Assembly (NCBI GenBank): GCA_963716175.1 | Contig: OY970296.1 | Span: forward strand, 64,001 to 128,000 | Origin: an uncultured Armatimonadetes bacterium | Lineage (GTDB): Bacteria > Armatimonadota > Hebobacteria > Hebobacterales > Hebobacteraceae | Reading direction: 5' to 3' | DNA: 64,000 nucleotides | Part shown: positions 11,004 through 21,790 of the stretch, one piece after another | Layout: each line of letters opens with the position of its first letter | Position numbering within the stretch: position 1 is the first letter of the stretch | Program-made: the position numbers and the translations under genes | Notes under the pieces: model-generated | Database searches by the model: none | The model's input: the letters and a program-made list of their open reading frames with translations, nothing else | Told to the model about the DNA's origin: nothing

Positions 11004-11145
11004 GGTGGACCCAGTTCACTCCCCGCTCAGCATCCCTTTCCATCCTCGGTAGCCTCCCGCAATAGGGGTATCAGCGAGTGCCGGGAATACCACGAGAGAG
11101 GTTGCACGAGCATCCTGGAAGCCAGATGAGTTTCTGGACAGCGTG
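11004..11145 (-). mobile_element. Left-end remnant of IS family B
   Basis: Colinear similarity to 34400-34537 (cccagt..catcc..ccatcctc..gaatac.acg..gaagccagatg..ggaca). Confidence 0.6.
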
Positions 11146-11148
11146 CGA

Positions 11149-13170
11149 TCAAGCTGCGGGCTGGTGGATGCCCAGCACGCCGGATAGAAGGGCGAGGGCT
11201 GCTTCCGGCAGCAGCCCGCCCAGAATCAACCCGAGGAAGGCCGGTCGCACGGCGCGGTAGAGCCTCAGGCCGCCATAGCGACGGACAAGGAAAGTGATGG
11301 CCCAGCCGATGAGTATGCTGGTCCATGTGGTGTAGTTGGTTTCCCATGAGCTGGCGATGAGGAACCCCACCGGGCTGAGTGGCCACCAGACGAAGTTGCT
11401 GTGGAGCCACACCAGCAGCATGGTGAATGCGCCACCGATCACCAGCGCCAGCCGCAGCCAGTTGTCGGGCACCTCCGGTGTACGCAGGGTGGTGTCCAGT
11501 TCCCCGAAAGCCCAGTGAGGGTAGGAGTAGAAGGGCCACTGGCGGAGACCAGTGGCCCCGTGCTGGCAAATGGTGAATGCCATAGCGGGGACGCCGACAC
11601 CGAGTGCGACCACGACGGCCACCGCCGCTGCCAGGGGCCAGCCTCGGCCCCGAATTCGTCCGGTGTGTATCAGCTTGAAGCTGTTCATGATCTGGGGCAT
11701 GGCCAGGTTCATCGGATCATACATGTAGATCACCGAGAGGTAGCTGTACATGGTGAGCGAGGGCACACCCAAGGGGGCGGCGCCGATCGTTCGCAGGATA
11801 ACCTGGCGAGGGAAGAACCCGGTGTCGACGTAGATCACACCTCCGGCAGCGACCAAGCGAGAGGCCCCAATCAGGACAGCGTAGAAAACGCCGAGTAGGA
11901 TTGTGAAGGACCACCATGACATGCCAGCTCGCACGGCCCACCAGAACATGAAACCGTTAGTCAAGGCGAAGCCGACCACGGCCCATCGGCCGGCCATGGG
12001 CGCGTACGGGTCCGTCTCAGCCGCCCTGCGGCCGATCAGCCCGAAGAAGGCCGACTGGATGGCCTTCCGCGACTGGTAAAGCATGGCTGCGCTGAGGGCG
12101 ATGAACCCTCCCGCCTCCTGGAAGGAGATGAACGTGCGGGGGTCTATGGATACCGCCGCGGTGCCCCCGCCCTCTCCCACACCGAATGATGCCCAGGCCA
12201 GTCGCTGGATCTGGAAGAAGATGTAGAAGAACCACAGGCTCAGGGAGACCTCGCCGGGAAGCAGACAGCTGACTCCGATGATTGGAAACAAGATCGAGAG
12301 ACGCATGTCCGAGAGCGCGTTCCATGGGAGGCCCATGCCCGAGAAGTGCTGCCCGATGGGAAGTTCATACACCTGTGGGCTGGGGATGCTGGGGACGATG
12401 CGGTGCAGCCAGCCGAGGAGCACGAGCGCGGCCGGGAGGGCGAACCCCAGCCAGAAGATGCGGCTGCTGAGTAGGCCGGCCTGAAGGGTGGGATGGGGGG
12501 CATCCCCGGTGATCGAAAGTGGCACCTCCACCAGAGGGAACGCCAAGCGCTGCCGCTCGATCCAATCCCTGCTGAGAAGTGCCCCAAGGCAGAACATCCC
12601 TCCCAGCAAAGCGACGGTGAAGGTGACCCAGGCGACCATCGGGGTGAACCAGGCTGCCCAGGGCATGGCGGTGCTGCCCGGCAGCCCTTCCCAGAACCAA
12701 TCGTTTGCCTCCAGCTGGCCGAGCCGCAGCCAGGGCGGGATGTTGGGCCAGAACGAGTGCTGCCAGCCGTTCGTCGGGCTGGCCATGTAGAAAGGGTAGG
12801 TAGTGGCCGAGACGATGTAGGGGATGCCCCCCTGTTGGGCCAGGCCCACGGACACGATCATCATGCCGTAGACCACCAGCAGTTCCGCCCGGGTGAAAGC
12901 GCGGCCTGGCCAGAGGCGGATTACGGCCCAGTTGGACAGCACGAACAGGAAGAGTACGACCACCGTGCTTCTGAGCAGAGAGCCGGAACCCACCGACCAA
13001 GATCGGCTGATGAACGCCACATACGGGTTCATGAGCGCAAGCAGCCCGACACTGATGGCGCCGAGCAGCACTGCCCGCGTGGTGATAGGATTCCAGGGCT
13101 GCCCCTTTGTGTCCGCTGTGCCTGCGCGGTCCGAAGCCTGGGCGGCCGCTGTGCCATTCGCCGAGTCCAC
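11149..13170 (-). CDS. DUF6785/DUF6784-like polytopic membrane protein (putative transporter)
   Basis: 673 aa with many TM segments, ERQRLAFPLVEVP and WWPLSPVGF motifs; paralogue of 58454..60460. Confidence 0.7.
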   Translation of the reverse strand: MDSANGTAAAQASDRAGTADTKGQPWNPITTRAVLLGAISVGLLALMNPYVAFISRSWSVGSGSLLRSTVVVLFLFVLSNWAVIRLWPGRAFTRAELLVVYGMMIVSVGLAQQGGIPYIVSATTYPFYMASPTNGWQHSFWPNIPPWLRLGQLEANDWFWEGLPGSTAMPWAAWFTPMVAWVTFTVALLGGMFCLGALLSRDWIERQRLAFPLVEVPLSITGDAPHPTLQAGLLSSRIFWLGFALPAALVLLGWLHRIVPSIPSPQVYELPIGQHFSGMGLPWNALSDMRLSILFPIIGVSCLLPGEVSLSLWFFYIFFQIQRLAWASFGVGEGGGTAAVSIDPRTFISFQEAGGFIALSAAMLYQSRKAIQSAFFGLIGRRAAETDPYAPMAGRWAVVGFALTNGFMFWWAVRAGMSWWSFTILLGVFYAVLIGASRLVAAGGVIYVDTGFFPRQVILRTIGAAPLGVPSLTMYSYLSVIYMYDPMNLAMPQIMNSFKLIHTGRIRGRGWPLAAAVAVVVALGVGVPAMAFTICQHGATGLRQWPFYSYPHWAFGELDTTLRTPEVPDNWLRLALVIGGAFTMLLVWLHSNFVWWPLSPVGFLIASSWETNYTTWTSILIGWAITFLVRRYGGLRLYRAVRPAFLGLILGGLLPEAALALLSGVLGIHQPAA

Positions 13171-13849
13171 ATTGCCTCCCGCGGGTTTCTGCAGTGCTGA
13201 GCATGCCGGACCAGGCAGGTTGCGCTCCTCACGAACCTGGTCTGAGTTGCTCGACCCTTGGTCGATGCCTCTGAGGCTGTCCCCCTGGAAGACACTATCA
13301 GGACTGTCCTGCGGGGCTGGGTTCGCCGCGGCTCTCTTGGCATCCTTGGGGCATGAATGGGATCGTCGATTGCGTGTGTGGCCTCCGAGGCTGCTTGGGT
13401 GTCCTCCTTCAGCTCCTCCGGTAGTTCTCCGATTCTGCTGAGCGCCGCCGCCGTCAGAAGCGGTGATGGCGGCCCGGCTGCTCGCGGTCCAGAGTCAGTT
13501 GTGCTCGTGACGCGGTGATGGGACCGCTCAGACCAGCGGTTCCCGGCCATCCGGGATGGGCCGACGGCGGCTACAGCCCAGACAGGCGAGACAGCAATCC
13601 CACATAGGCACAGATGCACTGGCAACGCGCGCATACTGCGCCGGCACCCGTCCGCTGCCGCCATGCTTTGCCCAATCTGGATGTGTAGGGCCGGTTACAT
13701 CGCCGCGTAGCAGCAATAACTGGAACCTCTCGATATGGGTGTAAGGCTCCTTCCTGCTGTCTAGGTCGCAGCAATGGAGTCCTGCGGCCTCTCCCTGGCC
13801 AGGCCCCTCTTGCACACTCCATGATATGCGACCGCCGCCCCAGATCGCG

Positions 13850-13878
13850 TTGACTACCCGCCCCTCCGGTGCTACCAT
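13850..13878 (+). promoter_or_regulatory. sigma70 promoter of pilin-like gene P2
   Basis: TTGACT-17-TACCAT. Confidence 0.6.
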
Positions 13879-14025
13879 TGCGTCAGCGCCTATCGCGTGG
13901 CGCTCCGTCCCAGGTAGAGGTCGTCCCGCTCTATGGGGGGTAGGAAAGGAGGTGACAGGAAGCGGTCACTGGCAGCTAGCCATGCAGCCTTGTTTTCAGG
14001 TTTGGTTTCCCGAGGAGGCGAAGTG

Positions 14026-15087
14026 ATGACCAGAAGACGTGGCTTTACCCTGATTGAGCTTCTCGTCGTGATCGCGATCATCGCGATCCTCGCAGCAATG
14101 TTGTTTCCTGTCTTCGCGCGGGCCAGAGAGTCGGCGCGCAAGATCCAGTGCCTCTCCAATGTGAAGAACGTCGCTTTGGCCGTCCAGATGTACCTCACCG
14201 ACTATGACCGACTCCCGCCGCATGCCAGCGCCAGTGGCGATGAAGCCACCTTCTTCGCTACCATCCCCGGCGGGCGCCCGGACAGGGAGGAATGTGGTGG
14301 TTGGACCTCCTCCGGGCTGTGGGGCGCCAACCCCTACTTGCGCTGGCAGGTGATCTTGGACGAGTACATCAAGAACCGGGATGTCTGGCGCTGCCCCAGC
14401 GCGAAGTACGCGGCCCAGGCCACTCCAGCGTTCATCGTGCCCAACTACGGCGGTGTCTGGTGGAAGTACCTCCAGGACAATGTCGGCTCCTGGGGCTATC
14501 ACACCGACGCCGGCGGCCCCTGCACGAACAGCGGCGCCTTCCCGACCGGGTGGGGCGGCACTGTCACCGACTCCATCAAACAGCAGACGCAGGCCAGCCT
14601 CGACACTGGCGCCTTCGAGTCCACCATCAGCTACTCCAACCAGTGGCTGGACATGAAGACCGCGCAGGTGGATGACCCCTCCTGGTTCATGGTCGTCGGC
14701 GACTGCTGCATGAACCCCTACATCTGGACCGCAGGCAGCGCCTTCTATGAGTTCTGCGGCGGCGACACCACGAGCTGGAATGCCGCTGAGGGCGTAGGCT
14801 GTTACACGTGCGAGGTGGCCGACTGGGTGAACTGCTCGGACACCGTCGACTGCGGCGTCCCCTACGGCGGGATGAGCAAATGGCTCAGTGATGCCTCCTG
14901 GCGCAACAAGCACACCCGGCACATGGGCGGCAGCAACCTGGGCTTCATGGACGGACATGCCGCCTGGTTCCCGGCCGACCAGGCCATGTCGAAAGTGCCG
15001 TACTGCATGCCCTGCGACCCCAGCACCGGCAATGCCGTCATCCACAAGGAAGACAGGCCGCTGATGGGATTCTGCCCGGTGACGTAG
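14026..15087 (+). CDS. Prepilin-type N-methylation / H-X9-DG protein P2 (intact, Cys-rich)
   Basis: MTRRRG|FTLIELLVV; [15 protein letters not shown]; SD GAGGAGG. Confidence 0.92.
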   Translation: MTRRRGFTLIELLVVIAIIAILAAMLFPVFARARESARKIQCLSNVKNVALAVQMYLTDYDRLPPHASASGDEATFFATIPGGRPDREECGGWTSSGLWGANPYLRWQVILDEYIKNRDVWRCPSAKYAAQATPAFIVPNYGGVWWKYLQDNVGSWGYHTDAGGPCTNSGAFPTGWGGTVTDSIKQQTQASLDTGAFESTISYSNQWLDMKTAQVDDPSWFMVVGDCCMNPYIWTAGSAFYEFCGGDTTSWNAAEGVGCYTCEVADWVNCSDTVDCGVPYGGMSKWLSDASWRNKHTRHMGGSNLGFMDGHAAWFPADQAMSKVPYCMPCDPSTGNAVIHKEDRPLMGFCPVT

Positions 15088-15120
15088 TCGGCCGTCCGCG
15101 GCAGCATCATGGATGACCAG

Positions 15121-15156
15121 AGGCGGGGCCCGATGCGTCGGGCCCCGCCTTCATTT
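15121..15156 (+). terminator. Intrinsic terminator
   Basis: AGGCGGGGCCCGA-loop-TCGGGCCCCGCCT followed by TCATTT. Confidence 0.65.
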
Positions 15157-15592
15157 CGCCCTGCGTTGAGACGCGTGCGATTGTCAACAGGCGATGGGAC
15201 AGTGTGTGGGTGTCGAGCGCCCGTAAAGCCGGCCTGAGAGATCTCTGACACAGGGGGGGGTAACCAAACAGCTAGCCGCACGCGAGTGGCACCCGGGCGG
15301 TAGCCTCAGCTAGGCGTATGTGGAATCTCGGGCCCACGACTTCGCTGCCGGTCTGCTTTCCGCCTGAGTTGCCTGAGCCGCAGGGCCCCGCTGAGACGGT
15401 CCCATCGCCGCTCGACACTGACACCCAGTGCCATCAGCGGCAAGATCCTGGAGAACTGCGCGCAGGAGATGGGCGAGAGCGCCGGAACGCAGGAGGGATG
15501 ATCGAGGATGACCCCACGCGCGACAATGCGCGTCCTTGGAACCGTCGGGGTAAATGGGGTCTTGCAGAGAGCTTTCAGAAGGGAAGCTGACA

Positions 15593-17719
15593 ATGGAGAG
15601 ACCCGTAGAGAGGCAGTTCCAGATGCGCCAGATCTTCTGCGACTGGCACTTGCCCAATTTCCTGCCTCAGATCACCATCGATCTCGACGACTACTTCGAG
15701 AACATCGCCAGAACAGGCGCCGAGTGTCTGATCTTCCAGGCCAAGAACGCCCACGGCAACTGCCTCTACCCCACCACGGTTGGTGTTGCGAACCAGGGAA
15801 TGAGGGGCCAGGACATCTTCGGAGATGTCTGTCGCCGGGCGAAACGGATGGGCCTGCAGTTCGTAGCCTACTATAACGTGATCCTCAGTTACGAACTGGC
15901 GAGAACACACCCGGAGTGGCAGCAGGTGGATCAGTACGGAGTGCGCCTGCTGTTCGAGCACTACCCGTCCATGTGCATGAGCAATGATGAGTTCGCAGTG
16001 CACGCCTGCGACCAGATGGAGGAGATTGCACGGGGATACGACATTGATGGGTTCTTCCTGGACCTCCAGTACTTCGACCCACAAGGCTGTTACTGCGAGT
16101 CGTGTCGGCGGAAATTCGAAGCGCAGTATGCTTACCCCCTGTCGCCGACAAGCCTGGTCACGGCACGGGCACGGCTCGATTTCATCAACTTCAAGGTCGC
16201 AATGCGTGAGCGGTTCATGCGCGCCTTACAGGTGCGTTGCGACAGCGCCAAGCCCGGCCTGCTCTGGATGTGGAATTCCGCGGGCAATCCGGAGCTCGCC
16301 GCGCGCAGCTTGGACCGCCACGCCGATTGCATGGTGGGCGAGGCCCATCCGCCGGAGTACCTCCATGCCGACCTGAGAGCAGGGCTCATGCAGGCGACAG
16401 GTGCGCCCTTTGTGCTGATGATGCCCGAGAGCCAGGGAAGCTGGGGCGACTGGACTGTCACAACTGTACCAACCCTGAAGGGGCTCTCAGCACTGGCCAT
16501 CGCCCGAGGCGGGGCGCTCAACCTGAACCACGTCCCGTATCCCTGCGGCGACTACGCCGGCCGGGTGGCGCGACCTGTGTGGGACGCCATCGCTGAGACC
16601 CTCACCTGGGTCCGAGAGCGGGAGCCTTGGTGCGCGGGAAAGCAGCGGGTGGAGGTCTGCGGCTGTCCCGTGTCGGAGACGAGCATCAAGCTCTTCCAGG
16701 CGCTGAGCGGGCTTTCCGGCACCGCGTACTGGAATGATCACCTTGCGACCCTCGGGTCGCTTCATCAACTCCTTTCGGAGCTGCATATTCCCCTCGGGTT
16801 CTTCTACGAGGAGGACGCCCCGAGCAGGATGGGTGACTACGAGTTGGTGATGTTGCCGAACCTGCTGCACATCAGCGCTGCATTCGCTAGCGAACTGCGA
16901 GAGTTCGTGAGACAAGGCGGCAGATTACTGGCCACATACCAGACATCGTTGCTGGATGCGGAGGGCAATCGGCTGCCCAACTTCTCGCTGGCGGACATGT
17001 TCGGCGTGGATTTCGAGGCGGACAGTCCGTACAGCGTGTCTTACCTCGACCGACTCGATTCCTGTTTCCGCGGGACAGTCCCCGACATGCCACTCCTGCT
17101 GAAGGACTTCGACCGAGGCGACAACCCGTCCAACCACGCCCTCTACTGCACGCTGCGACCTGGAGCTCGCGCCCTCGGTTACCTCAGCGATCCCGTGATC
17201 GAAAGCAACTTCGAGTTGGGACACTTCATCTACCATCAGCATTCACCTCCCGACAGATACACCGATTACCCGGCCATCGTTGTCAACGGCTACGGGCGGG
17301 GCAGGGTGGCCTTCTTGCCTGTGCCCTTCTTCAGGGCCTTCCAATCGTCGAGTCCTGCACGCGGGCGAAGCCCGTTCCTGAAGGAAGTCCTCCGGGTCCT
17401 GGTCGAGGAACAACTCGACCTATCTCAGAGGATTCGCGTGAGAGCCCCGGCATCAATCAAGACCATGGTCATGCGGGACGAGGAAGGCTGGCTGCTGCAT
17501 CTGATCCATATCCAGAAGGGATCAGACAGCATGTACCTGGACGCATTCAAGCGGGTCGGGCCCATGGAGGTCTGGGCCAATCCGGGGTGGCCGGTCCTTT
17601 CAGTCACGGAATGCATGACTGGGAGGAGCTTCGCTCACGATCTCGACCGGGGGGGGATTCGCTTTGCAGTTCCGTCAGTGACCGACCATGCAATCCTGAG
17701 GATAGCTAAGCGCGCATGA
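15593..17719 (+). CDS. Putative glycoside hydrolase (GHL6/alpha-L-fucosidase-like + trimerisation domain)
   Basis: AKNAHGNCLYPT, YDIDGFFLD, CYCESC, GATase-like C-terminal domain. Confidence 0.7.
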   Translation: MERPVERQFQMRQIFCDWHLPNFLPQITIDLDDYFENIARTGAECLIFQAKNAHGNCLYPTTVGVANQGMRGQDIFGDVCRRAKRMGLQFVAYYNVILSYELARTHPEWQQVDQYGVRLLFEHYPSMCMSNDEFAVHACDQMEEIARGYDIDGFFLDLQYFDPQGCYCESCRRKFEAQYAYPLSPTSLVTARARLDFINFKVAMRERFMRALQVRCDSAKPGLLWMWNSAGNPELAARSLDRHADCMVGEAHPPEYLHADLRAGLMQATGAPFVLMMPESQGSWGDWTVTTVPTLKGLSALAIARGGALNLNHVPYPCGDYAGRVARPVWDAIAETLTWVREREPWCAGKQRVEVCGCPVSETSIKLFQALSGLSGTAYWNDHLATLGSLHQLLSELHIPLGFFYEEDAPSRMGDYELVMLPNLLHISAAFASELREFVRQGGRLLATYQTSLLDAEGNRLPNFSLADMFGVDFEADSPYSVSYLDRLDSCFRGTVPDMPLLLKDFDRGDNPSNHALYCTLRPGARALGYLSDPVIESNFELGHFIYHQHSPPDRYTDYPAIVVNGYGRGRVAFLPVPFFRAFQSSSPARGRSPFLKEVLRVLVEEQLDLSQRIRVRAPASIKTMVMRDEEGWLLHLIHIQKGSDSMYLDAFKRVGPMEVWANPGWPVLSVTECMTGRSFAHDLDRGGIRFAVPSVTDHAILRIAKRA

Positions 17720-17774
17720 GCAGGCCGGTCCGACCTGGCTGTTTGACAACAGCCGTGAAAGGGAGAAGTGAAAC

Positions 17775-18938
17775 ATGAAGACCATTCCAGCGAGCGAGTT
17801 CGAAGAACGACAGAAGAGGGCGCAGCAGCGAGTTGCAGAGGCAGGACTGGACGCCGTCATCGCCCACTCCAACGAGGCCGACTTCGCCAACGTGCGCTAT
17901 CTCTCCGACTATTGGCCGGCATTTGAGTCCGCGGGCGTCATCATCCCCGCCGAGGGAAAGCCGATACTCCTGATCGGGCCCGAGAGCGAGACCTACGCGC
18001 TGGACAGAAGCCGGATCGAGACGGTGCGCAAGGTTCTCTGGTACCGGGAGAGCGCCGAGCCCGACTACCCGGACATCCCGATCAACACCTTCGCCGAGGT
18101 GTTCGCCGAAGCCTGCGGCGGCAAGCCGGTGAAGCGGCTTGGCATCGTGGGCCGAGCGATCTTCCCGATGGTGATCTATGAGGAGATCCGCAAGGCGCTG
18201 CCGGGGATCGAGATGGTGGGCGCCGACGAGATCATCAGTGACATGCGCATCATCAAGAGTCCTAACGAGATTGCGCTGCTGAAGGAGGGTTTCCGGATCA
18301 GCGAGATCGCTATTGACGAGTGCCTCGCGCAGATGAAACCGGGCATGACCGAGCTGAGGGTCGTAGGGCTGGCGCTGAAGTCACTCTACAGCCATGGCGC
18401 GGAGTACGAAGCCCATCCGCAGTATGTCATGGGGGGGACCAACACGAACCATGCCATCTCCCGGGCTAGCTATCGTCCACTGGCTCAGGGGGAGATGATC
18501 CAGCTCAACCTGGGCGCCCGCGTGGGGGGCTACAGCCCAAGTGTCGGCCGACCGTGCTGCTTTGGCAGGATGCCGGACGAGATGCGAAGGCTGGTGCAGA
18601 TTGGGCTTGAGGCTCACCTCAAGACCATGGAGCCTATGCGCGCGGGCGTGTTGGCGAAGGACATCGTGAAACGCTTCGAGGAGTTCGTGAAGTCGAAAGG
18701 ATGCGGAGGAAATCTGCTGTATGGGCCTTGCCACGGCATCGGCATGATCGAGGTTGAGCGGCCCTGGATGGAGAGCACCAGCGACTACCTGCTGCGGGAG
18801 AACATGACCTTCCAGGTCGACACATTCCTGCATACCGACAGCTATGGGTTGCGCTGGGAGGACGGCGTTCGCGTGACGGCCGACGGGGTCGAGCAGTTGT
18901 CGAGCCGCCACCAGGAAGTGCTGGAGCTCCCGCTATGA
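17775..18938 (+). CDS. M24 Xaa-Pro peptidase/creatinase family protein
   Basis: NVRYLS, RIIKSPNEI, HGIG, GLRWED. Confidence 0.88.
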   Translation: MKTIPASEFEERQKRAQQRVAEAGLDAVIAHSNEADFANVRYLSDYWPAFESAGVIIPAEGKPILLIGPESETYALDRSRIETVRKVLWYRESAEPDYPDIPINTFAEVFAEACGGKPVKRLGIVGRAIFPMVIYEEIRKALPGIEMVGADEIISDMRIIKSPNEIALLKEGFRISEIAIDECLAQMKPGMTELRVVGLALKSLYSHGAEYEAHPQYVMGGTNTNHAISRASYRPLAQGEMIQLNLGARVGGYSPSVGRPCCFGRMPDEMRRLVQIGLEAHLKTMEPMRAGVLAKDIVKRFEEFVKSKGCGGNLLYGPCHGIGMIEVERPWMESTSDYLLRENMTFQVDTFLHTDSYGLRWEDGVRVTADGVEQLSSRHQEVLELPL

Positions 18939-19324
18939 GCTTCCCGCGTCTCCTGGGCCGGACCATGTGGGCATTCCCGGACGGCGACCTGCCCGCGCCC
19001 GGAGAGAAGGAGCCACATGGGCACGAGTCGCTGGTGCTGTTCAACCCAAACGCTCGACCGGCGAAGGTGCAACTCACTATCTTCTTCGAGAACCGGGAAC
19101 CCGAACGCGACCTGTGCGTTACCGTGGATGCAGAACGAGTCCGGTGCGTACGGCTTGACCAACCTGTCGGCGACCGCGGTTTCCGCGTGCCGTTCGGCCA
19201 ATATGCCCTCCTCGTCGACTCCGACCAGCCCATCATCGCGCAGGTCGGCAGGATGGACGTTACGCAGCCCAACCTCGCCTACTACACCGTGATGGGATTC
19301 CCGCTCGGACAGGATACGCGATGA
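18935..19324 (+). CDS. Sensory rhodopsin transducer (ASRT) family protein
   Basis: W.FPDG.LP, HESLVLFNPN, YALLVDSDQPIIAQ.GRMD; ATGA overlaps on both sides. Confidence 0.8.
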   Translation: MSFPRLLGRTMWAFPDGDLPAPGEKEPHGHESLVLFNPNARPAKVQLTIFFENREPERDLCVTVDAERVRCVRLDQPVGDRGFRVPFGQYALLVDSDQPIIAQVGRMDVTQPNLAYYTVMGFPLGQDTR

Positions 19325-20223
19325 CACGAGATCGCCGTGTGATAGCAGTGTTCGGCTTCGATATGGAGACCGACATCGGGAGCTGGACGCCGTTCTACGA
19401 GGGACTGGTGAAGGGCACGCCGCGTCTTCTCGAACTGCTCTCCGCGCACGAGATCAGCGCAACTTTCTACTTCACCGGACATGCCGCGCGCACCCACCCT
19501 GAGATGGTGCATGCGGTGGACGCAGCGGGTCACGAGGTCGGTTGCCATAGCCTCTACCACGAGACGGTGGGCGATGAGCTCTTTCCGATCCCTGGCACAT
19601 ACCCCCTGCTCGCCGAAGAGGTCCCCGTGCGCCTGAAGAGGGCGACCGAATGGGTGACGGCCGCGCTGGGGCGGCGCGTGGTTTCCTTCCGGTCACCGCG
19701 ACTGTTCGGCTCTACGGCGGTCGTCAATGCGCTGGAGGCGCTGGGATATGAGACCGACGCGTCGTATCCCCTCTACTACTACCGCGAGCGCCTCACGCCC
19801 TACCACCCCAGCCGCAGCGACTGGACCGCGGAAGGCGACTCGCCGATGCTGGAGATTCCGAACTTCGCCGACCTCTCGATAGAGAGCACGGATCCGCTGG
19901 GCCGCGACCGAGACCAGTGGCCGAAGTACCGCACAGAGGGGGCCGGGGCGCTGCTTGCCACCGTTGACTCCTTCACCGCCATCGCTCACGGCCGCGGGCT
20001 GCCGGCTGTGCTCTGCTTCTACTTGCATCCCTGGGAGTTCGTCGAAATGCCGCAGAGCCTCATTCACTTCGGTGAGGGCGCGGTGCTGCCCGATCCGTTC
20101 ATCGTCGCTGGCTGCGGGGACCATGCCCTGCGCCAACTGGCTGTAGTGCTGAGCGGCCTGAGACAGCGCGGATCCGTCTTCTGCACCGCCCGGCAGATCG
20201 CCGAGACGTGGGATAACGTGTAG
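19321..20223 (+). CDS. Polysaccharide deacetylase (CE4/NodB)
   Basis: FDME, ATFYFTG, HEVGCHSLYH, FRSP, YLHPWEF. Confidence 0.88.
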   Translation: MTRDRRVIAVFGFDMETDIGSWTPFYEGLVKGTPRLLELLSAHEISATFYFTGHAARTHPEMVHAVDAAGHEVGCHSLYHETVGDELFPIPGTYPLLAEEVPVRLKRATEWVTAALGRRVVSFRSPRLFGSTAVVNALEALGYETDASYPLYYYRERLTPYHPSRSDWTAEGDSPMLEIPNFADLSIESTDPLGRDRDQWPKYRTEGAGALLATVDSFTAIAHGRGLPAVLCFYLHPWEFVEMPQSLIHFGEGAVLPDPFIVAGCGDHALRQLAVVLSGLRQRGSVFCTARQIAETWDNV

Positions 20224-20301
20224 ATCCCGAGCGTCTGTAGAACCGCAGTCTGCGCTTCCTGCTTTGGGCCCGGCCGCTTGTCAGGCGACGATAGGACCGC
20301 G

Positions 20302-21702
20302 TGTAGGTGTCGAAGGACTGTAGGACCGTCCTGGACGTGTTCTGGGCTTGTCGAGGCTGACTTCTTGGCATATCATATGAACTCGGTGCGCGGCGCCTTC
20401 GGGCGCCGCATTCTCTTTGGGAGTCAACGCGGTGGAGGTCTTCGAGGCGTCGGTATCGCTGATGGTGCGGGCCCTGGTGATCAGCGCCCGGTGGACTGGC
20501 CGCAGGCGACGGCTCTGCTTGGAGCAGGCGTGCATGAATGTGCAGGCAGGACGGATCGCGGAACTCGAAGCGTGTGTCGTGGTGCTGGAGGATGCCCTGG
20601 CCTTCCCAGATGCATGCCTGGAGGTGCTGGAGAGGAGGCTTGGGGAGGAGCGACCGCGACGGCCCTATCCCTTGGGGGAGCGGCTGCGTCTCCTGTGGCT
20701 GATTGACTACTACCAGATCCCGAAGCGGAGGGTTAGGGAGACCTTCGGGGTGGCGCGCTCGAGCATTCACCGCTGGCTCAAGGGCTTTGAGGCAGGCAAG
20801 CTCGGGGGTCGTCAGAAACGCTCTGAGCCCGTCAACAAGACGCCACGAGAGATCGCTCAGCTGATCTGGGACATCTTCCGGCGAAACCCACTGTGGGGCC
20901 GTCACCGCATCGCAATGACGGTGTGGGCGCTTGGCGTATTCGTCTCAGCGACCGCGGTGCGTGACATCCTGCTGCGGCCCAGACCTAAGAGGTCTGCCCC
21001 GCAAGCGGCCTGTGCGAAGCCAGAGCCAAAGCGCAGGGAAATCGTTGCCAGCTACCCCAACCACGTGTGGTCGGTGGACCGGACGCGGGTGTGGCGCTTG
21101 GGCGTCTGGCCCACCTGGGTGCTGGTGGCGATCGACCATTTCTCCCGCGCCGTCACCGCCGCGGTTCCCCTGGAAGGGCCAAACGCAGGATGGATCATGG
21201 ACGCCCTGGAGCAGGCCTTCCTGCGCCACGGACAGCCCAAGCACTTGATCACCGACCAAGAAGGGGTCTTCATCTCTGACTTCTTCCGGAACCTCCTCAG
21301 CCAGTGGAAGGTGAGACAGCGCTTCGGTGCCGTGGGCAAGCACGGCTCGATTGCGGTAACTGAGCGGCTGATCCGGACCCTCAAGCGGGAATGGCTGGCG
21401 CGGGTGCCGCTGATCCGTGGTCTGGATCACCTCTCAGAGTTGCTTGCGGCCTTCGCTGTCTACTACAACGAGTACCGCGGTCACCGGCGACTGGGCCGGG
21501 CGACGCCATTGATGCTCTACCGGGGACAGATCTGGCGGCGGCCAAACCGATCAGCCAAGACGCTGCTAGGCTCGGTTCGCACTCGGCACTTCGCCGAGAC
21601 CAGGATCACCGTCTATGAACTCGCCGCCCGACCACCCAGAGGAGACAGCCTCGGGACGCACGAGGTTTGCGGCAGTGGTCCTACGAGCGCCCGACACCTA
21701 CA
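20302..21702 (+). mobile_element. IS family A copy 2
   Basis: 26-bp IRs TGTAGGTGTCG-N7-GTAGGACC at both ends. Confidence 0.9.
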
Positions 21703-21790
21703 CACGGTCCCAACCTCGCCAGCCTCGCGCTGCCCGCACCGCAGAAGCGAACTCTTCCCGATGCCCGACAGGCGTCTCAAACCAATGTGA
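20417..21790 (+). CDS. DDE transposase (stop codon lost; reads through the IRR)
   Basis: Homologous to 9715..10932 up to YELAA, then extends past the IR. Confidence 0.85.
   Translation: MGVNAVEVFEASVSLMVRALVISARWTGRRRRLCLEQACMNVQAGRIAELEACVVVLEDALAFPDACLEVLERRLGEERPRRPYPLGERLRLLWLIDYYQIPKRRVRETFGVARSSIHRWLKGFEAGKLGGRQKRSEPVNKTPREIAQLIWDIFRRNPLWGRHRIAMTVWALGVFVSATAVRDILLRPRPKRSAPQAACAKPEPKRREIVASYPNHVWSVDRTRVWRLGVWPTWVLVAIDHFSRAVTAAVPLEGPNAGWIMDALEQAFLRHGQPKHLITDQEGVFISDFFRNLLSQWKVRQRFGAVGKHGSIAVTERLIRTLKREWLARVPLIRGLDHLSELLAAFAVYYNEYRGHRRLGRATPLMLYRGQIWRRPNRSAKTLLGSVRTRHFAETRITVYELAARPPRGDSLGTHEVCGSGPTSARHLHTVPTSPASRCPHRRSELFPMPDRRLKPM

Noticed and set aside
13200-13840. Short ORFs in long intergenic stretches (also 15160-15550, 27700-28300, 29830-30270)
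   Set aside because: No recognisable motifs or RBS support; possibly decayed gene fragments, but not assignable
14026-15087. Pilin-like proteins as multiheme cytochromes or RiPP precursors
   Set aside because: CxxC motifs are not followed by His (no CxxCH); the proteins are ~320-360 aa with a pilin leader
18935-19324. Light-sensing system
   Set aside because: No rhodopsin or retinal genes nearby; the context is sugar catabolism
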